Shown: piece after piece, positions 39,463 to 54,847 of the stretch
Numbering within the stretch: the first letter of the stretch is position 1
How the letters are laid out: each line of letters begins with the position of its first letter
DNA from: Lingula anatina
Taxonomy: Eukaryota; Animalia; Brachiopoda
DNA: 64,000 bases
Assembly: GCA_051362555.1 (NCBI GenBank)
Contig: CM120640.1
Location: forward strand, 56,088,788 to 56,152,787
Direction of reading: 5' to 3'
The notes under the pieces: generated by a model
Told to the model about the DNA's origin: nothing
Seen by the model: the letters and a program-made list of their open reading frames with translations, nothing else
Databases searched by the model: none
Made by a program: the position numbers and the translations under genes

Positions 39463-40568
39463 CATTTCGACAGACTTATGCATTTTGGCATGACACATGA
39501 ATGCGGGAGATAAAATCCTCCTTTGTCCACTACAATCATTTTTTATCTAGCTATCATATAATACTAAAATCTTTCAAACGGCAGAGAGAGAATTCGCAAG
39601 TCAAAAGTTTTAAACGCACCAGTGTCACTGTTTCAGTTATTTTTCATCTATTCTACTGAGTTTACATCTCATTATGAAGTCATTGGACAGTTAAAGCTGT
39701 AAGCCTTTTTTTTGTTTTTCGGTTATCAACCCCCAATTTTTCATTTTTTGAACGTGAAAATCAAACATAACCAAATTTCTTAAAAAGGTAACTACGCGGT
39801 ATACACATTAAAGAACGGTTTCATATTTTGGCAAAATATTTCACACAAAATTCAACTGTTCAAAGGCCGCTCTACTACAGATACATATCCTTTATATGTT
39901 TTGCAAATATTTACAAAGAAACTGATACTGTGTCTCACAGTACTGCATGTGACACAAAAATAATAAGTATAACAAAGATTGAAAGATCGATAAGAATCTA
40001 TGAAAAGCAAGATTTTGGATAAACTGCAATACACAGCGTACCGAGAAAAATTTACTTAATATTTACCTAGACATCTCACCAGTGGTATTTTGGACGAAAA
40101 ACAACTGTTTCATTTATTTCTCCTTCAATCCATTTTTGCCACGCCATTTTGAAAAAGTCAGCAGTCCAACGATACACACACAAATGCGCGAGCGCACATA
40201 AACATAGTGGCGCTTCTTTATCCATCACCAGAAATATGCTCATATAACTTATGGAGTCTTCTCGTGATGATAAGAAAATTATTTACAATGTCAATTGCCA
40301 TATAATATTTTTAAAATACGAAGTTAAAAATAGTCACTGGTATTGACTGAATTTATTAATACATCCTATTAAATTTACATCTACAGCTAGTTTATTTGAA
40401 TGAATTGGGAATATATTGGATATTAAGTAGCCAGAACGTTTTTTTCACAGATAGTTATTCTCCTTCACCCATAACTTGGATATTCATTATAATAAACTTA
40501 AGGGGCTACAGTTAATTGAGGAATGTCTATTTACATGCATATACCTATCATGTATATGAGCTTTGACT

Positions 40569-40571
<3 letters not shown>

Positions 40572-40635
<64 letters not shown>
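40572..40635. repeat. (AT)n microsatellite
   Basis: Seen directly. Confidence 0.95.
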
Positions 40636-40638
<3 letters not shown>

Positions 40639-41007
40639 CTTCCAGGTTCTAGTGCAATACAGGTTTGTAATACTTTATCCCTTTTTATGTATATTTCTTG
40701 GGATTTTACAGTTGTGTTTCACAATAGCTATGAGAAGTACATGTCCATGATTAATTTTACACGTTTCCTTTTGTTGACTTTTTGAGACGTGCACACAATC
40801 TCACAATCCTACTTGCTTGAAGTTGTCATTTAGAACATCATCCCTTGATATCCTGTGGAATATGACTCTGTAGTATTACATGTGGTTTGTAACTGCATAA
40901 TGCAATAATTTGGTGAGATTTGCAAAAACAAGATTCCCATGGCAATCACTACTTGGCATCCAGGTCTATAATTGTCTCCTCCTGTTTTTTTTTAGTAGAA
41001 TTATCCA

Positions 41008-44000
41008 TTACACCAAAGAATGCTTCTTACTGGCATATGTGGTGGATGTTTGTCTCTGTAATAAAACATAAGGTATTTGATCAAGCCATTATAACAAAAT
41101 GACACAGACTTGACCTTTTTTCTTATTCTAATCAGCTCTACATATTGCCAATATTCCATTATGACATCTTTTCAAAAATTCAACAAAGATTTTGCCTGGG
41201 CTTTCATCTTAAAACTGATACCATTTCTTAAACTGAGTTCATGAGAATTTGATAAAATTTAATGAAATGTGACACATCAAGAGCCATACATATATAAACA
41301 GAAAAAGTTTTAAACATTCTTAAATGAAATCTACTTTTTGCAGGGTTACTTAAAGTTCACTTGAGGTGCACTACGATGCAAAGATAGAAAAAGAAGAAGG
41401 GAGTTTCTTACTCTCAATACGACTAAATAGCAATACATACACTATGCATGGAGAAATAGTAATAAGGACTTCAACAGAATGAGTTGTGCACATACATGGA
41501 TAAAGTAACAGGGAAAGAATTGCTACTAGATGTCTTGAAATAAATACCATCAACTAGCATAACAGAGGTTCAAACTTGAATTATACATTTTGTAATAATA
41601 AATAACTTATAATCAAATATCCCTTTTCCTCTGAACTTGGCACCAACTTTTTAGACAAAATGATTTAAATGACATGATGTCTTAATTCATAATGTACATA
41701 ACAAACCTATTTATAAAACAATATTTTTTTGTTGTTATCATTATGTCTGAAACCAATACCGGTATTTTACCAAAATTGTTTAAATCACCAAAGCAATAAT
41801 GCTCCTTAATTGATATTTATTGGCCCTGACAAGGATGTAATATTTCTTCCTTTGTTGGCTTGTTTTTTAGGTAACAGCCTAACTCAAAAGTTATAACTGG
41901 ATTATGATTGGTAATTTGGTGGATTTTGGTGGCAATCCATTTGATAAATGAGTTGCCTTAGCCAAAAGTTTGCACTCTTTGAGTGCTTTTTTTAAAAGTT
42001 TTTTTATTGTTTTTCTGAGGCAGTGATTCAAAAAATAACATGAAAGAGTCCTATGAGAAATAGAACAAGACTATTAAATACTGAAGTACTGCAATAACAA
42101 ATCATCAGAAAAAAATGATTTAGATTTGGAATGTTAAAATCAAGAACAAGCTGGCTACACCTAATCCAAAAATTAGCTGAAGAGCTTCAACAGTTTTATA
42201 TAACTTTTTAACTTTTAAAATATTTGTTCATAAGGGGTTATCTAAACAAACTGTAAGTGTAACAATGAAAACCTCACATAATGTCACTAAGCTGTCAGTC
42301 AACTCAACATCAATGTGATCAACAGTGACTACAGCAAGCTAACATAGTTCAGATTTGCATTGTTCTTCTATGGAGGAACTAATGAGCATAACAAAATTTT
42401 TAATTCACTGAAACACTTACCAATTTTACATAGAAAAAGCCATTGAGACAAGAAAATAAGATGAAATCACATTAAATACCACATTAAAACTACATTCACA
42501 TACTATATTTAATGGAATATAGTTGAACCTAAGACATGTTATCATTAAAGATACTAGTAAACCACCTAAATAACTGCTAAATGAAAAAAAATGATTTTGT
42601 AAATTTTCTTAGTTTTAATACTCTAATCCAATTTGATATTATATGCACTGAATTGTTTACATACATGTAGCTTGGTTAGCAACTACTTGTCATGAGTTTT
42701 TTACTCACACTGTAGTGTTCTGGCATGTGATTGACAGACAAAGAACGTGAATCCCTGTATTTGTCCTGGAAATCACAGGGCAGACATGTAATGGTGGCTA
42801 GGGTCTTCTTGTACTGGCTCTGTACATTGTCATTCATAGCACAGTGGAAGATGAAGATGAATAATCCCTGTAACATAATAAAATTGTTTTGCTTTGCTTT
42901 GAAAATTTTGAATCTTTGAAGCTTTATTGAATTGACAACAGGACTAGTATTTGAGTAAGATGTGGTTTGTTCAGCTATGATATTACATCAGTGGATGCTG
43001 TAACAGTACATTTGAAATGCAAAGTAATCAGCAGGTAACTGAAAACAAGCATTACCTAATGATGGTCTGATAAAGAATACATATCTTCATTATTTTCACT
43101 TTTACATACAATATACATGTCATAAAAATTATTGTGTGCCATGTCAAACATTCACTATAATTACTGTGCAATCAGATATATACATGTAGTTAGAAACAGA
43201 CTGGACTCTGTCTAGATTTAGCCAAGACATGCAATTAAATGAAATTACCAGCATTTTAGTCAGAAGGACAAACATCTAATCAACATTTATGTTAAACCAG
43301 TTTGAGTCTTTCTATGTGTCTAAACACTACTTAAGACTAAGACAGCCTTCTTTTCTCTTACCTGGAAGGAGTTAAGTATGGTAAATATGTAAGCAAAGGC
43401 CATAAGGTCTTTGGTCAGATACAGGAATCCAAAGATCCATGTCAGTCCAAGTAAACACACCAGGATTGCTGAGCCTTTTAACCACAGTCTGCAAGTGCAA
43501 TGTTGAAATGTTTTGTTTTTCATTTTCTTCTTTTACCTCAAGATAATAACTCAGAGTGTAATAATTTAAGCTATATCACACATAAAGGCACATGTGCATT
43601 AATATGACTCTATTAAATCTAGCCAATGGCAAAAGTGGAAAGACTATTTTACAACAACCACTACATATAGTCACCCAAATGTTTACATATAAAGTGTAAG
43701 ACTGGGTTCCCATCCCTAGATTGATCTAACAGGATCGGTCCATCTCCAAGGGGTTTCTCGCTATATTGCTTTCAGCTTTAGCAGCTTAGATGTCTGGCAC
43801 GTCTGCTAAAGCTGCTAAACGATAGTTAAATACCCCCTCTCAGCTGCAGTAGGCATGACAGACATCTAAGCTGCTAAAGCCACTTAAGTTAATTGCAATT
43901 ATGCCAGAATCCCCTTGGAGATAGTTCGATCCAAAATTAGTACGATAGTCTCTGAGAATGGTCTCTAACAATGCCTGATTATAGGTCCTTGTATAAACTT

Positions 44001-47000
44001 GTTTTAAATAGTTATTGTAGTTTTGGTACAGTAGTTTTAGAATATATTGTGACATGTGCAGGTCACAATATTATCACTTTAAAAATCCATTAGTACCTGA
44101 AGAAAGACACAAAAATATCAGCTGCTATTCATTGACTAACCTCAACTTGTTTTTTGTGGACTGTTCTTTGTTGTGAGATACCACCACTCGCATGGCAATG
44201 ATAAGAATAACTGTGTTGAACTGAAAATAAAACAACAATACAGTACACATTAATATGATACCTGTATTTTGTAACTTCGACATGACTTGCAGCACTGAAA
44301 ATGTTGTAAAGGAGTATTTCCTATAAAAATTCTGGTTCTTTTCACAGTATAAAGGAGCTGTATAATAATGTCAGTTAGTAAATATTGAAATGAATTATAA
44401 TGCACAACTTAAAAGCAAAACTTTTTTATTTCACTTTAACAATCAGACAAGCAATAAAAAACAGTAAAATTCATTACAATTGATGTAAAAATACTCATTG
44501 TTTCTGGAGCTAGTTGTTCATATGAATATTAATGCAAGTTTGAAAAACAAATATTTCCAAGGATTATCCCTTTTTATAGGGCATTTGAAAAACATGAATG
44601 ACATTTTTCAGTTAATGCTACTCACAATGACTGTTACAGAAACTGGAATGGCAAAACTGAGGATAAACAAGTGCTCTGTGGACAGCCAACAACTGAAAAG
44701 GAAAATGCAAATAATATTGACATCATACAAAATACATAAAAAAATATTTGTATCATGCAGTGGTCTGTAATGGAATTGTATTTTAAAATATGGTATACTT
44801 CCACTATAACAGTCACTTATGGTCTTCTGGAATTTTTGTTTATGATTGATTATTTAGATTCAAGTGTTGGAAATTTTCTAGATAAAGTGCACACTACTCC
44901 CACTCTCTCCAATAATTAATAGACCAATAAAAATAGCACATGAAACATTTGAAGATTTCAGTGCAACTGTATGAAAGCAGCATATGGAGATGGCAATTTT
45001 GCAAATGGTCTCAAAATTTGATCCAGATATTACCCACTCCACTTCATCTCACACCGCATGATATGCATGCCATGATTTGCTTTCTCTTAGAAGAATTTCC
45101 TCTTCCTGAAACCACAACAGGTTTCTAAGAAAGGAAAACACAGAGAGAAGTGGGGGTCTCCAGCACAGGATGTGGAATTTGAAAGTTGGAAATGCCAAAC
45201 AGACACTTTAAACCTCACAAAAATTACTTGCTTCGAACAGAAAATGCTTTCTAGAGAAATGTCAAAATGTATACAAAACTTACAACTGGAGCGTGCCATA
45301 CCCAGATGGTCTAGCAGCTGCTGATATGGCAACAATAAAGGCAGGTAAACCTGTGACAAATTTAAATATTTAAATGAATGGCTAGTCTAATTATAAGAAT
45401 GTGTTTAAGCATAAAAGGTAAACTTAAATTTATTTTTGGCAACCTTTTTTACATTATTAAATATGAAATCCAAACAGTTTTTGAAATGCGAATATGAACC
45501 ATCAAATACATATCAAAATTATTTAATTAGTTAATTGTTTTTATCAATTAAGTTTACAGTTATTGTAGAGCATGAGTCATAGCATTTTTCTTTTATCAAC
45601 TTTTCATCTTACCACTGGTTCCTTCGGGACCCCAAGAAGCTACAGTTTGAAGTGGTACAATTAAATATGTAAATTAAATTTCTGTGGGTTTCAGAATTTC
45701 CCATCTTTTCTTATGTAATCAAGTCGTTGGTAAATGTCACTTTGCTTTGGAAAAGAGACCTCACCTCTGTATGTCACAGTTCAGATTCAGATACAAGCAG
45801 ATTACAAGCAGATTACCTACCAATATACATACATTAACATACATACCATAACCCATTAAATAAAAATAGAGGGAACGGCAATTTTTGGACTCGAATACTT
45901 CAATGACCAGCATATACAGCTGCACTCCCTCTAAACACATCCATGCAAAGGCAGCGAGGAAGAAAAAATGGAGAAGGGCTGCTACAATGGCACAGCCAAC
46001 CTGAATTAGAGCATTAAAGCATTTATCTATGTGTAACTTTTTAAATGACATTAAAAAGTTTTTAAAAGTTTAAATCAAAAGTTTATAAGTTATAATAATT
46101 GTTGTAAATATTTAACTGGGCAATGAAATCAAACATTATCTTTCAAAGAGTATACATATCTAATGCTTTTCCATCTTATCTATACCATATCTTCTTGGAC
46201 CACTTACCTGGTTCTGTGTTTTGTCCACTCCTGCAAGAAACACAGTCTCTGCCAATAGAAGGCAAAGACACAGATTCCTGTGGATAACATTTCTCAAACA
46301 TCGCAAACTCCTGAAATAAGAAATTCATTAAAAAATAAAGTGTTTTAAGTATGACAAAATAAAGGTATGATGTAAATAATCATCTACAAAGATTTGTAGG
46401 TACATGTATCAAACATGTCAAATGACAACTGATTTATATGGTCTTTTTGCATTACATTTGCTCAAATCATGGATAAATAATAACTCTAATTTCAACATGA
46501 TAAAAGTATTCAAAAACACAGTGGTTTGGGGAAGTACTAATTTGTTTAATTCACGTGCATGGGAGATCATACTTATTACTGAAGTTGAAAATAGAAATGA
46601 TGGTAATGTACAATAACTTGTTTTCTTCACCCACCAAAATTTGTGATGAAGAACAATTTTGTATTTCTCTAGTTTCTGTCAAAAATGATCCCTGAGATGA
46701 CAAAAAAAAAAGAAAAAGACAAGTTTTTTGCAAGATCACAATCTACGAATAGATGTTCAATTGTTTCCATCCTTGTACTACATAAATTGCAATGAGGATT
46801 ATCAACTATTTTATATTATAACAGTAAGTATTTTGTCCCTAGAATTCTATGAATACATCTAAAATTAAACCATCAGAGTTTGGATTCTTTTATATCTGTC
46901 AGGAGATGATTGTAGCTAAGATTCCATGTTATTGCATTATTAAAAGACCTTTCCCATTTTATTTCATTTTTAGGGGTTTAGTACAGTTTTTTATAAATGT

Positions 47001-50000
47001 ATCATAAATCGCTTTACAGCCTTTTTTGTTTTTCCAATAATCATAAGCGGTTTGGGTATTTTTGGGTTATAGGTTTTCTGTGTAACAACTATTCTTTTTA
47101 AATTGGGAAATGCATTGTAGATAGCATTTCTTAGGCCAAAATATTTTGTGAATGGGAGGCGTATTTCGTATGCATCCGTGATTTCTCTATATGAAAGCAC
47201 GTTGCCGTTTGAATCAAGTAAGTCAAGCACCACCCGGAAACCTTTCTAATATAATAGTTTTAAGAATACAGCCTTGTTTTCGATCAAAATACTTGGATTA
47301 CGTATACCACAATGGAGCTTCCAGAAAATCTTGTGGGTCATTTTAAGAATACAGCCACAATTGGCTAAGTACAGCATTCTTATATGTGCAATTTATTCAT
47401 AATCAACCAGAACTTAGGAACAGCAGTTTAAGATTTCACAGAATATCTCACCTGAACACTGTAAATGTGATGACACAGATAAGTAAACAGACAATAGAGA
47501 TGGTACAACCCACTAACGTGATCACTGACAGGGCTCTTCCGTCTGCCTGGTCACTGTTTCTGTGAATCTAAAAACATTAGAAATTAGAATAAGTCTCTTT
47601 TAAAATATCAGTTTGATTTGCACTTTGAACATGAGTAACAAGAAATAAACAAGGCAAATGAAGAGGTGGATGGCGCTGCTGACAGACTATTTTGAATATT
47701 ACAGAAGTGAACAAGGCAATCAATGAGTGAGGACTTTGTGCAGAAGGCAACATTCAACATTTCTTAATCCCATTTACCTTTCCTACAGTTCCCCCTATGT
47801 CCATAAGGACAGCAAAACTTGTGAGGTGGTTGCAGGCACAAACCGTGTAAGTGGCATTTTCAGAAATTTTGCGGCAGCCTCTTGTTGACCAAGCTGGGGA
47901 ACGCAAACTAAATAAAAAGTGGTAAATATGTTACAGCATAAAAGCTTAAGCATTGGCATTTTCTTCTTCTTCTTCTTTTTGCAAATTTCATCACTGCAGA
48001 TGTTTATTGTCAAAAGTGTGGTAATGCTCATACTACCACATAACTTTCAGGTCAAATGTAAAATAATAAAATTTTTGAGGCATATGTATTTGATATTTTT
48101 CCACCAATTTGTCACCAACCTAAAAACAATTAAGTTATTTACATGAAATTTACCAGAAAGACCCATGTATACATGTATTTGCATGATAATGACAATGCAG
48201 TGTGCAGCAGTTTCAAAATTCACCCTATACCTCATATCCAAAAACACACATTTGGAAGTGTTTGCCAGTCCTTGTTTATAATGCTTGAATGTCACTGTGA
48301 CTTGTTGACCATGGTCAAATTGAAATCCATATCCTGGTTTGACTACACTTGCAGATGCCACTTTTGAGTTAATAACCAGGGAAGATGTATTCTGCTGGCT
48401 GAAATGGAAAGCAAATAGAAGAGCAAATACTAGACATACTGTAACAGCTAAATTAAATAAAATAAAATATAAGATATTGGAACTTACCAATGCTACAGTG
48501 TATACTCCAAATTATCTTAGTTTTTTTAAATCTATTTAGCTTTACTGTCAGTCTATTAAATGCATGTTCTTCTTGTCAAGTGAAAAAATATATTATCCAA
48601 TGCAGTCTTATATTTCTCAATTACAATGAATAAAATTTTGGAATTGACTTAACTGGTTTCACTAGGTTCTTTGCTATTCTTTTTTAAAATTTATTAATAT
48701 AAGAACACAAAAAGTAACATTTAAAAAATTGATTTTCAAAGAACAAGTGTGTAGCACAAACAGTTAAACACATCTCTGTGTCCCATTGAAATAGTCATAA
48801 AAACCAACCTTTTGCTTCCATTTGGTAAAACCTGATCAATGGTGTCATACAAAACAAACACCAGTGACAGGTAATCCCCATCAGGGTTGTATTCACTCTC
48901 TAGGGCAGTAGAGGGAATAGATATGGAGGTTCCAAGATCCTGCCCATCTATATCAGGTGAGAAATTTAGTGACCTGTCTTCACTGATCAAAGACTTGTAA
49001 AACTGTCTGGACTCCACCACTGTAGGAAAACCAGTATACCAATATACACAGAATTATATCAAAATAATAGTCTTTTCTTTCTTTTCACCTGAATTATACT
49101 TCTTTTATAGAGACTAGAATGTTTATGAATCACAGTATTTGCACAAGGTATGGTGTAAAACTCGCTACATTGTCTGAAATAACTATTTGGTCATTATGTT
49201 TGTACTTAATGGGCAATGAATACAGGTATCTTATTTCAACAAGAGATCACCATAACTCCTAAATGTACCACCTGTAACCAGAAAAATAGTTAACAATTAC
49301 ACCTTTTTTGTTCTTTGAATGGATAAGCATACCAATATTATCTCTCTTCATCCTCTGCAGAGTAGTTGTCTGTGAGTCTGCCAGCAGGAACCCACTATGT
49401 TCAATGGAGGTCATCAATGAAGTGGCTACACCAACTTCTCTGTCCTAGAAATTGAAATCAGAAATATTAAGTTCTTAATAGAAAACAATTTTTATAACAA
49501 TTGCACCTGTTTATAAAAAGTAACTGAAAATGGTTTCATTTTGTCTAGCATAAGGCTTGTTAATTGTGTTTTACATTGAAGATTTACTCTTTTTCACCTC
49601 TTTAATTTGATTCCAAGCAGGCAGTGTTTTGGGACTGAGCAAGCTACTTCCAAGTGTCACAGTTGCCTGTTAAGACAAAATAAAATACATGAATACAGTG
49701 AGTTTATAATTAAAAAAAAATCTTTACTGAAGTGTGACAGGCATTTAAGCCCCCAATATGTTCAGAGGGTAGAGGGGCATGCAATGCTGAATACATGTAC
49801 CCTGCAGCTATATGGAACAAAACAAGTACACCAATGTATTTTCGCAGGTATTTGTCTATTCAGTAAATGGTAACAAATCTTTAATTACATTATCATCATT
49901 GATTATAATGAATGCAATAAGGGAGGGTTTATGGATTAAAAAATTAATGACATTTATCTTATACTTTGATCTTTCTTGCAGCAGTTTCTTGAATATTGGT

Positions 50001-53000
50001 AAGATAATTAAAACCGAAAAACATTGTTTACACATTACCAAACTTCCAATCCTCAGTGAAAGAGATGTATGCACTAATGGGTCTTGTTTTTATTATCTAT
50101 CCTGAGCTTACCCGGGCAAAACTTTGAATTGAAGCCTCTTTCTGGGTCTCTGTAGTGTTTTCCACCCTGGTTATCTGCCTGTTGATTAAATTTGGCAGGA
50201 GATCTCCAATAGCTATGATGTCTCCTGGCTCCAGCACTGCACTCTGTTCTAGAGACACTGTGAGGTTGGTTATGACTGGGCCTGGTGACACACTTGCATC
50301 AGAATAGAACTACAGAGAAAATATTACAATCACTTTTAAGTGAAAACACATAAAAATGACCTTTGCTCAAGATTTCAAGAAGTATGTCTAAGTAAATTAC
50401 CATTACATCATATTGAACAATGTTTTAATTTTCTTATATCAGTTACCTTGTGGACAATGTTGGCCACCCATGGATGGGTGCAATCAGAGTAGTCTGGGCC
50501 ATCGCTGTGCATTCCTGTGACTGGGTTACATTCCCACCAACCAACACCTAGAATTACATGTCAAATTTATAAGTAGAATGTTGGAATTTGTCTCTGTGTC
50601 TCTGAAGTACATGTCTTCAATCACAATAAATTTAAGACTTTATTTTCCAGATGAATAGTCAAATTTGCCTTTGGCAAAAATGTAAATTTCCTTCATCTTA
50701 TCGCAATATAAAACTGCCTTTTTACCCATTATTTTTTCAGACATTCTTAAGTCTTTCTGATGATTAACTTAACAAGTTTCATAACTGCCTTATCATTCTC
50801 ACCGACTGTTCCCTCTGGACACTCTGTAACAGCATACAATCCAGTAATTTTATTTTCCCAGCTTACATTCTTTGTGCTGGGTACAAGGCATGCTTGTGGA
50901 ACCCTGGCATATACTGGTCTCCCTGTCCGCTTGGAAATGGCTATAACAGTGGTGGATAAGGTGGTGCTCGTTTGTGTAGTTGTAGTTGGTAAAGTGGTTG
51001 TGGTGGTAGTTCTGGTTGTGGCAGTTGTTGTAGGCATTTTAGTTGTGGTTGTTGTAGGTGTGGTTGTTGTTGTTGTAGGTGTTGTAGTTGTTGTAATAGG
51101 AGTTGTTATTGTTGTTGGTGTTGAAGGAGTAGTTGTTGGTCTTGCTGTTGTAGTAGTTGTTGCTGTCACCATTGGCAGGGTGGGTCTCACAGTTGGATAA
51201 GCTGCCCATACTGACTGTGGGTCACCCGCTGAAAAAAAGCAAAACAAGTTGGTCATAAATATATTAATTTAAAAAGTTGCATATATAATCTCTTAATGTC
51301 CTATATGGTCTCTAAAGCATTTCAATGAAGGTTACTTTTTAGAGTCTTAGGCAAGTTTATTGCATTACTTTTAGCTTAAGGTATGTGAAATGAAATACTT
51401 TTCAGTAAACATAGATGTTATTTCTGTAACCAAAAGCAGAACTGTTTGATCCATTAAACTGTATCACCAGCAAACAGCATTTTGGGATTGCTAACATTTC
51501 AACGTTACTTTACACAAAATGAGAATCACTTTGTGATGGGAAAAAATGTTGAATGTTATTTCTTACTTAGAATGTATTCACAAACAAAGATCTTTCTTGC
51601 ATTGCAAGGGGTGTCAAACCATTGCAGCAGCTGTTGTTGACCTGGTTCTCTGTTCCTGACATAGCCCATGGCAACACAGTCATTGCTCTGGGATGGGGTG
51701 TGGGGAGCCCAGTTCCTAGAATATAACAAAAATATGATGTAGTGTATTTGAACCGCATTCAGACTGGTTTGAAACTAAAAATGCTTCTAGTCTTAGAGGC
51801 CTCAACAACATAAGGCATCTCACTTGACCTTGACAATTGCAACTGAAAGTTACTGGAATTACCCATCAAGTTTGTACATCTCACTAACTCCAACTTTTAA
51901 TTACTTTTTTTTAACTCATCATTTTATGTTATTTAATACAAAACTGTGTTTTCTTGCATGAACCCTCCTTCTCTTACAGTGCTTTCAAATTATCTTTTTC
52001 CTCTTACAGTGCTTTCAAATTATCTTTTTCAAGTATCAATTGCTAATTATAAAATATAATTTTGAAAATTTAATTTAATTCATCAATTTCATTTCAATTT
52101 AGTCAGCAATTACTGCAAATAATCTTCAAAGAAATTCTTCAGATTATGCTGAGGAGGAGATACAATAGTTCAGTCAAACTAAGGTTCATCTCAAAACAGC
52201 TTTTTCTGGTACATTGTATCACAGTGTGCCTTGGTATGTTTCAGAAAGCTGCAACCGACTCCCATTCCTTTTTTGTGAAAATGAGTGAGCTATAATGCAA
52301 CCAGGTTGTACTACTGGTACTCTGGAACTCTAAGCTCTATTACCACTTCCACTGTCCCAAATGTATCCAAAATTTGATCTGCATATATACTGTTATTGCT
52401 GAGCTGACAAAACCTCTGCTTTTAAGGCCAAAGTGCCTTATGCAGCATCAGCTAACTTAAAACCTTCAATCTTTTTGCTGTTTTTAGTAAAAGGGTTTTA
52501 GTTGCTCCCAAAGGAATACTAAAAGGAAACGAATGAAAACTATAGATTATATGGGATATAAAAAATGACAATTAAAGCAATTATGTTCAGGAAACTGTAC
52601 AGGCAATTCATATCCTGTCTGATGAAGTTTGCCAATAATTAGAACAAAAGTCTACTATAAGTATACAAACCATTCATCACCATGGCTTAATGAATGTATC
52701 TGATTTATGTACCTGAACAGCTGATATTTTTGTTTTATGATTCTTTTGTTTTGGTGCTTTTCCCTGACATAACATTGTGTACAATTGTAATAAGACTAAT
52801 GAAGATATAACATGTATAGCTATTTATCCTTTATTCCACTTTTTTAAAGTGATGATGTGGATTTTCTTCACATTATACACAGTTCAGACATTTGGGACAA
52901 GTTTAGAAGTGGGTTGAAATGTTACTGTTTATTCTAGCCCTGAAAGGTGGGGATTGGCATTAGACCCCCTTCCACTCAATATCCCAATAAATTAATATTG

Positions 53001-54802
53001 TGAATGCAAACATGCCAAGTGAAACACTATGTTATAATATTTTTTATTTCTGCTCTTGAAACCCCAGTAAAATAATAAGATCTGCAATCTGTCAATTATC
53101 TTACCATTTATATCTCCCTCTTTATTGTTGTGTAACCATATCCATCCATATCCTACACATCCTTGACTGTCAATTCCTTCACATTCAAAGGTCATTTTTC
53201 TTATTACCTCCGCCAAGGAGGTTATGTTTTCACCTGTTGTCTATCTGTCTGTATGTCTGTCTGTCATCAACATAACTCAAAAAGTTATGGACCGATTTTG
53301 ATGAAATTTTCAGGAACTGTCAGAAGTGGGCCAAGGAAGAGATGATTAGTTTTTGGTGGTGATCGGGATCAATAATCAATCAATAATCAATACTCAAAAA
53401 TATCGAAAATTTAGGGGTGAAAAGGCATTGGATGGAGACTTTGCTGCCTTGGCGGAGGTCTGCGCTCTCTGAGTGCTTTTCTAGTTCAATAATGATCAAC
53501 AATAAAGATTTGTGCATTTTGAGAACTTCAATCTCATTAGCAACCCTCTGTGATATATATACATACCTATACTGTGCACGGCTACCACTTATCCAGCGAA
53601 AATTGCTTTCTCCAGGTTGCCTATGTAATCCTAGCCATACATCATCATTATTTTTATCTTGCAGCACAAACACCAGGGCTTCTTGGAGTCTTTTTTGAAC
53701 CATTCCATTTGATACAGTTACTAAATTTCCTGTATAAAGAAATTTGATTAATCTGCTGTAATCATTGTGAATGGAAAAGGATTTAAAGCATAGAAACTAT
53801 AAAATAAAAATGCAATTTTTAAAAGTCAACAAACAATGATAAAGTATATAATTCTAGGCTATTATAACTTGCCAACCCAAATGACAAATACACACACACA
53901 CAGAGAACCTCTGAAAATGAATTCAATTTCTGAAATACAATAAAAACTGGATTTTTTACAAAATTTTATTCTATTTTATTTTATTCTTATTTTATCATCC
54001 AATCACACGAACGAAAAAAAAAAAAAAAAAAAAAAAGATATACCAAAGAAACTGACAGAAACTGGTTCTGACCACCCAATTTCATATTATTAGTCAGTTA
54101 GCCTTGAACTGCCAGTGAGATGTTCACAAAAACATGTACTCGTTCTCAACAGGTGGCTAAATAGGAAGTATGGTGCACTTATTTCTCCCAAAATTATGGT
54201 ATATTGTATTAACTAAACACCATTCTCTAGACAAATGATTTCCTTTGTATGGCATTCATTAAGTTTCCAGTGCTTTTTCAGAACTACTTCAAAGACTTGC
54301 CTAACCTACAATACAAACCTAGAGACAATTCACTGGCCAAAACAGTTAACTATAGTTCTTGCCATAAAAAATGACATCTGGCAACCTTAAGTCAATTACA
54401 AGCTGCTGGATACTGGCTGTTATAGCTTGCACAATAACAATCAGTTCTTTTCGCATTTGGAACACACATTGCCGTAAGTGGTAGAAATAATTTTACATAT
54501 TGAAAGTCATAAAGTATGTCCTCACCTCTTAGAGCTGAGCAAGTCCTCTGTGCATCTGTCCATGAAACTCTCCGGTTAAAGCTTCTCTCATAATGTATGG
54601 CAAAACAGTGCAGGTGCTCATTGATGGCCAGCAGGACAGAGTTAACTCCACAGCATTCTGTATCTGCAGATAGCAAATATTTTTGTTTCACAACAAGTTA
54701 TTTTGAAGGATTCTGAGAGAGCCCTACATCTGAACAGCAGTCAGTTAAAGAAAATACAGTCTTTCATAATTGATTTCATCCAGTATATGAAAACAGGCAA
54801 TA

Positions 54803-54847
<45 letters not shown>

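Noticed and set aside
50760-51200. 146-aa Val-rich hydrophobic ORF on the + strand
   Set aside because: It is the antisense mirror of the Thr-rich (ACN codon) stalk exon of the adhesion GPCR.
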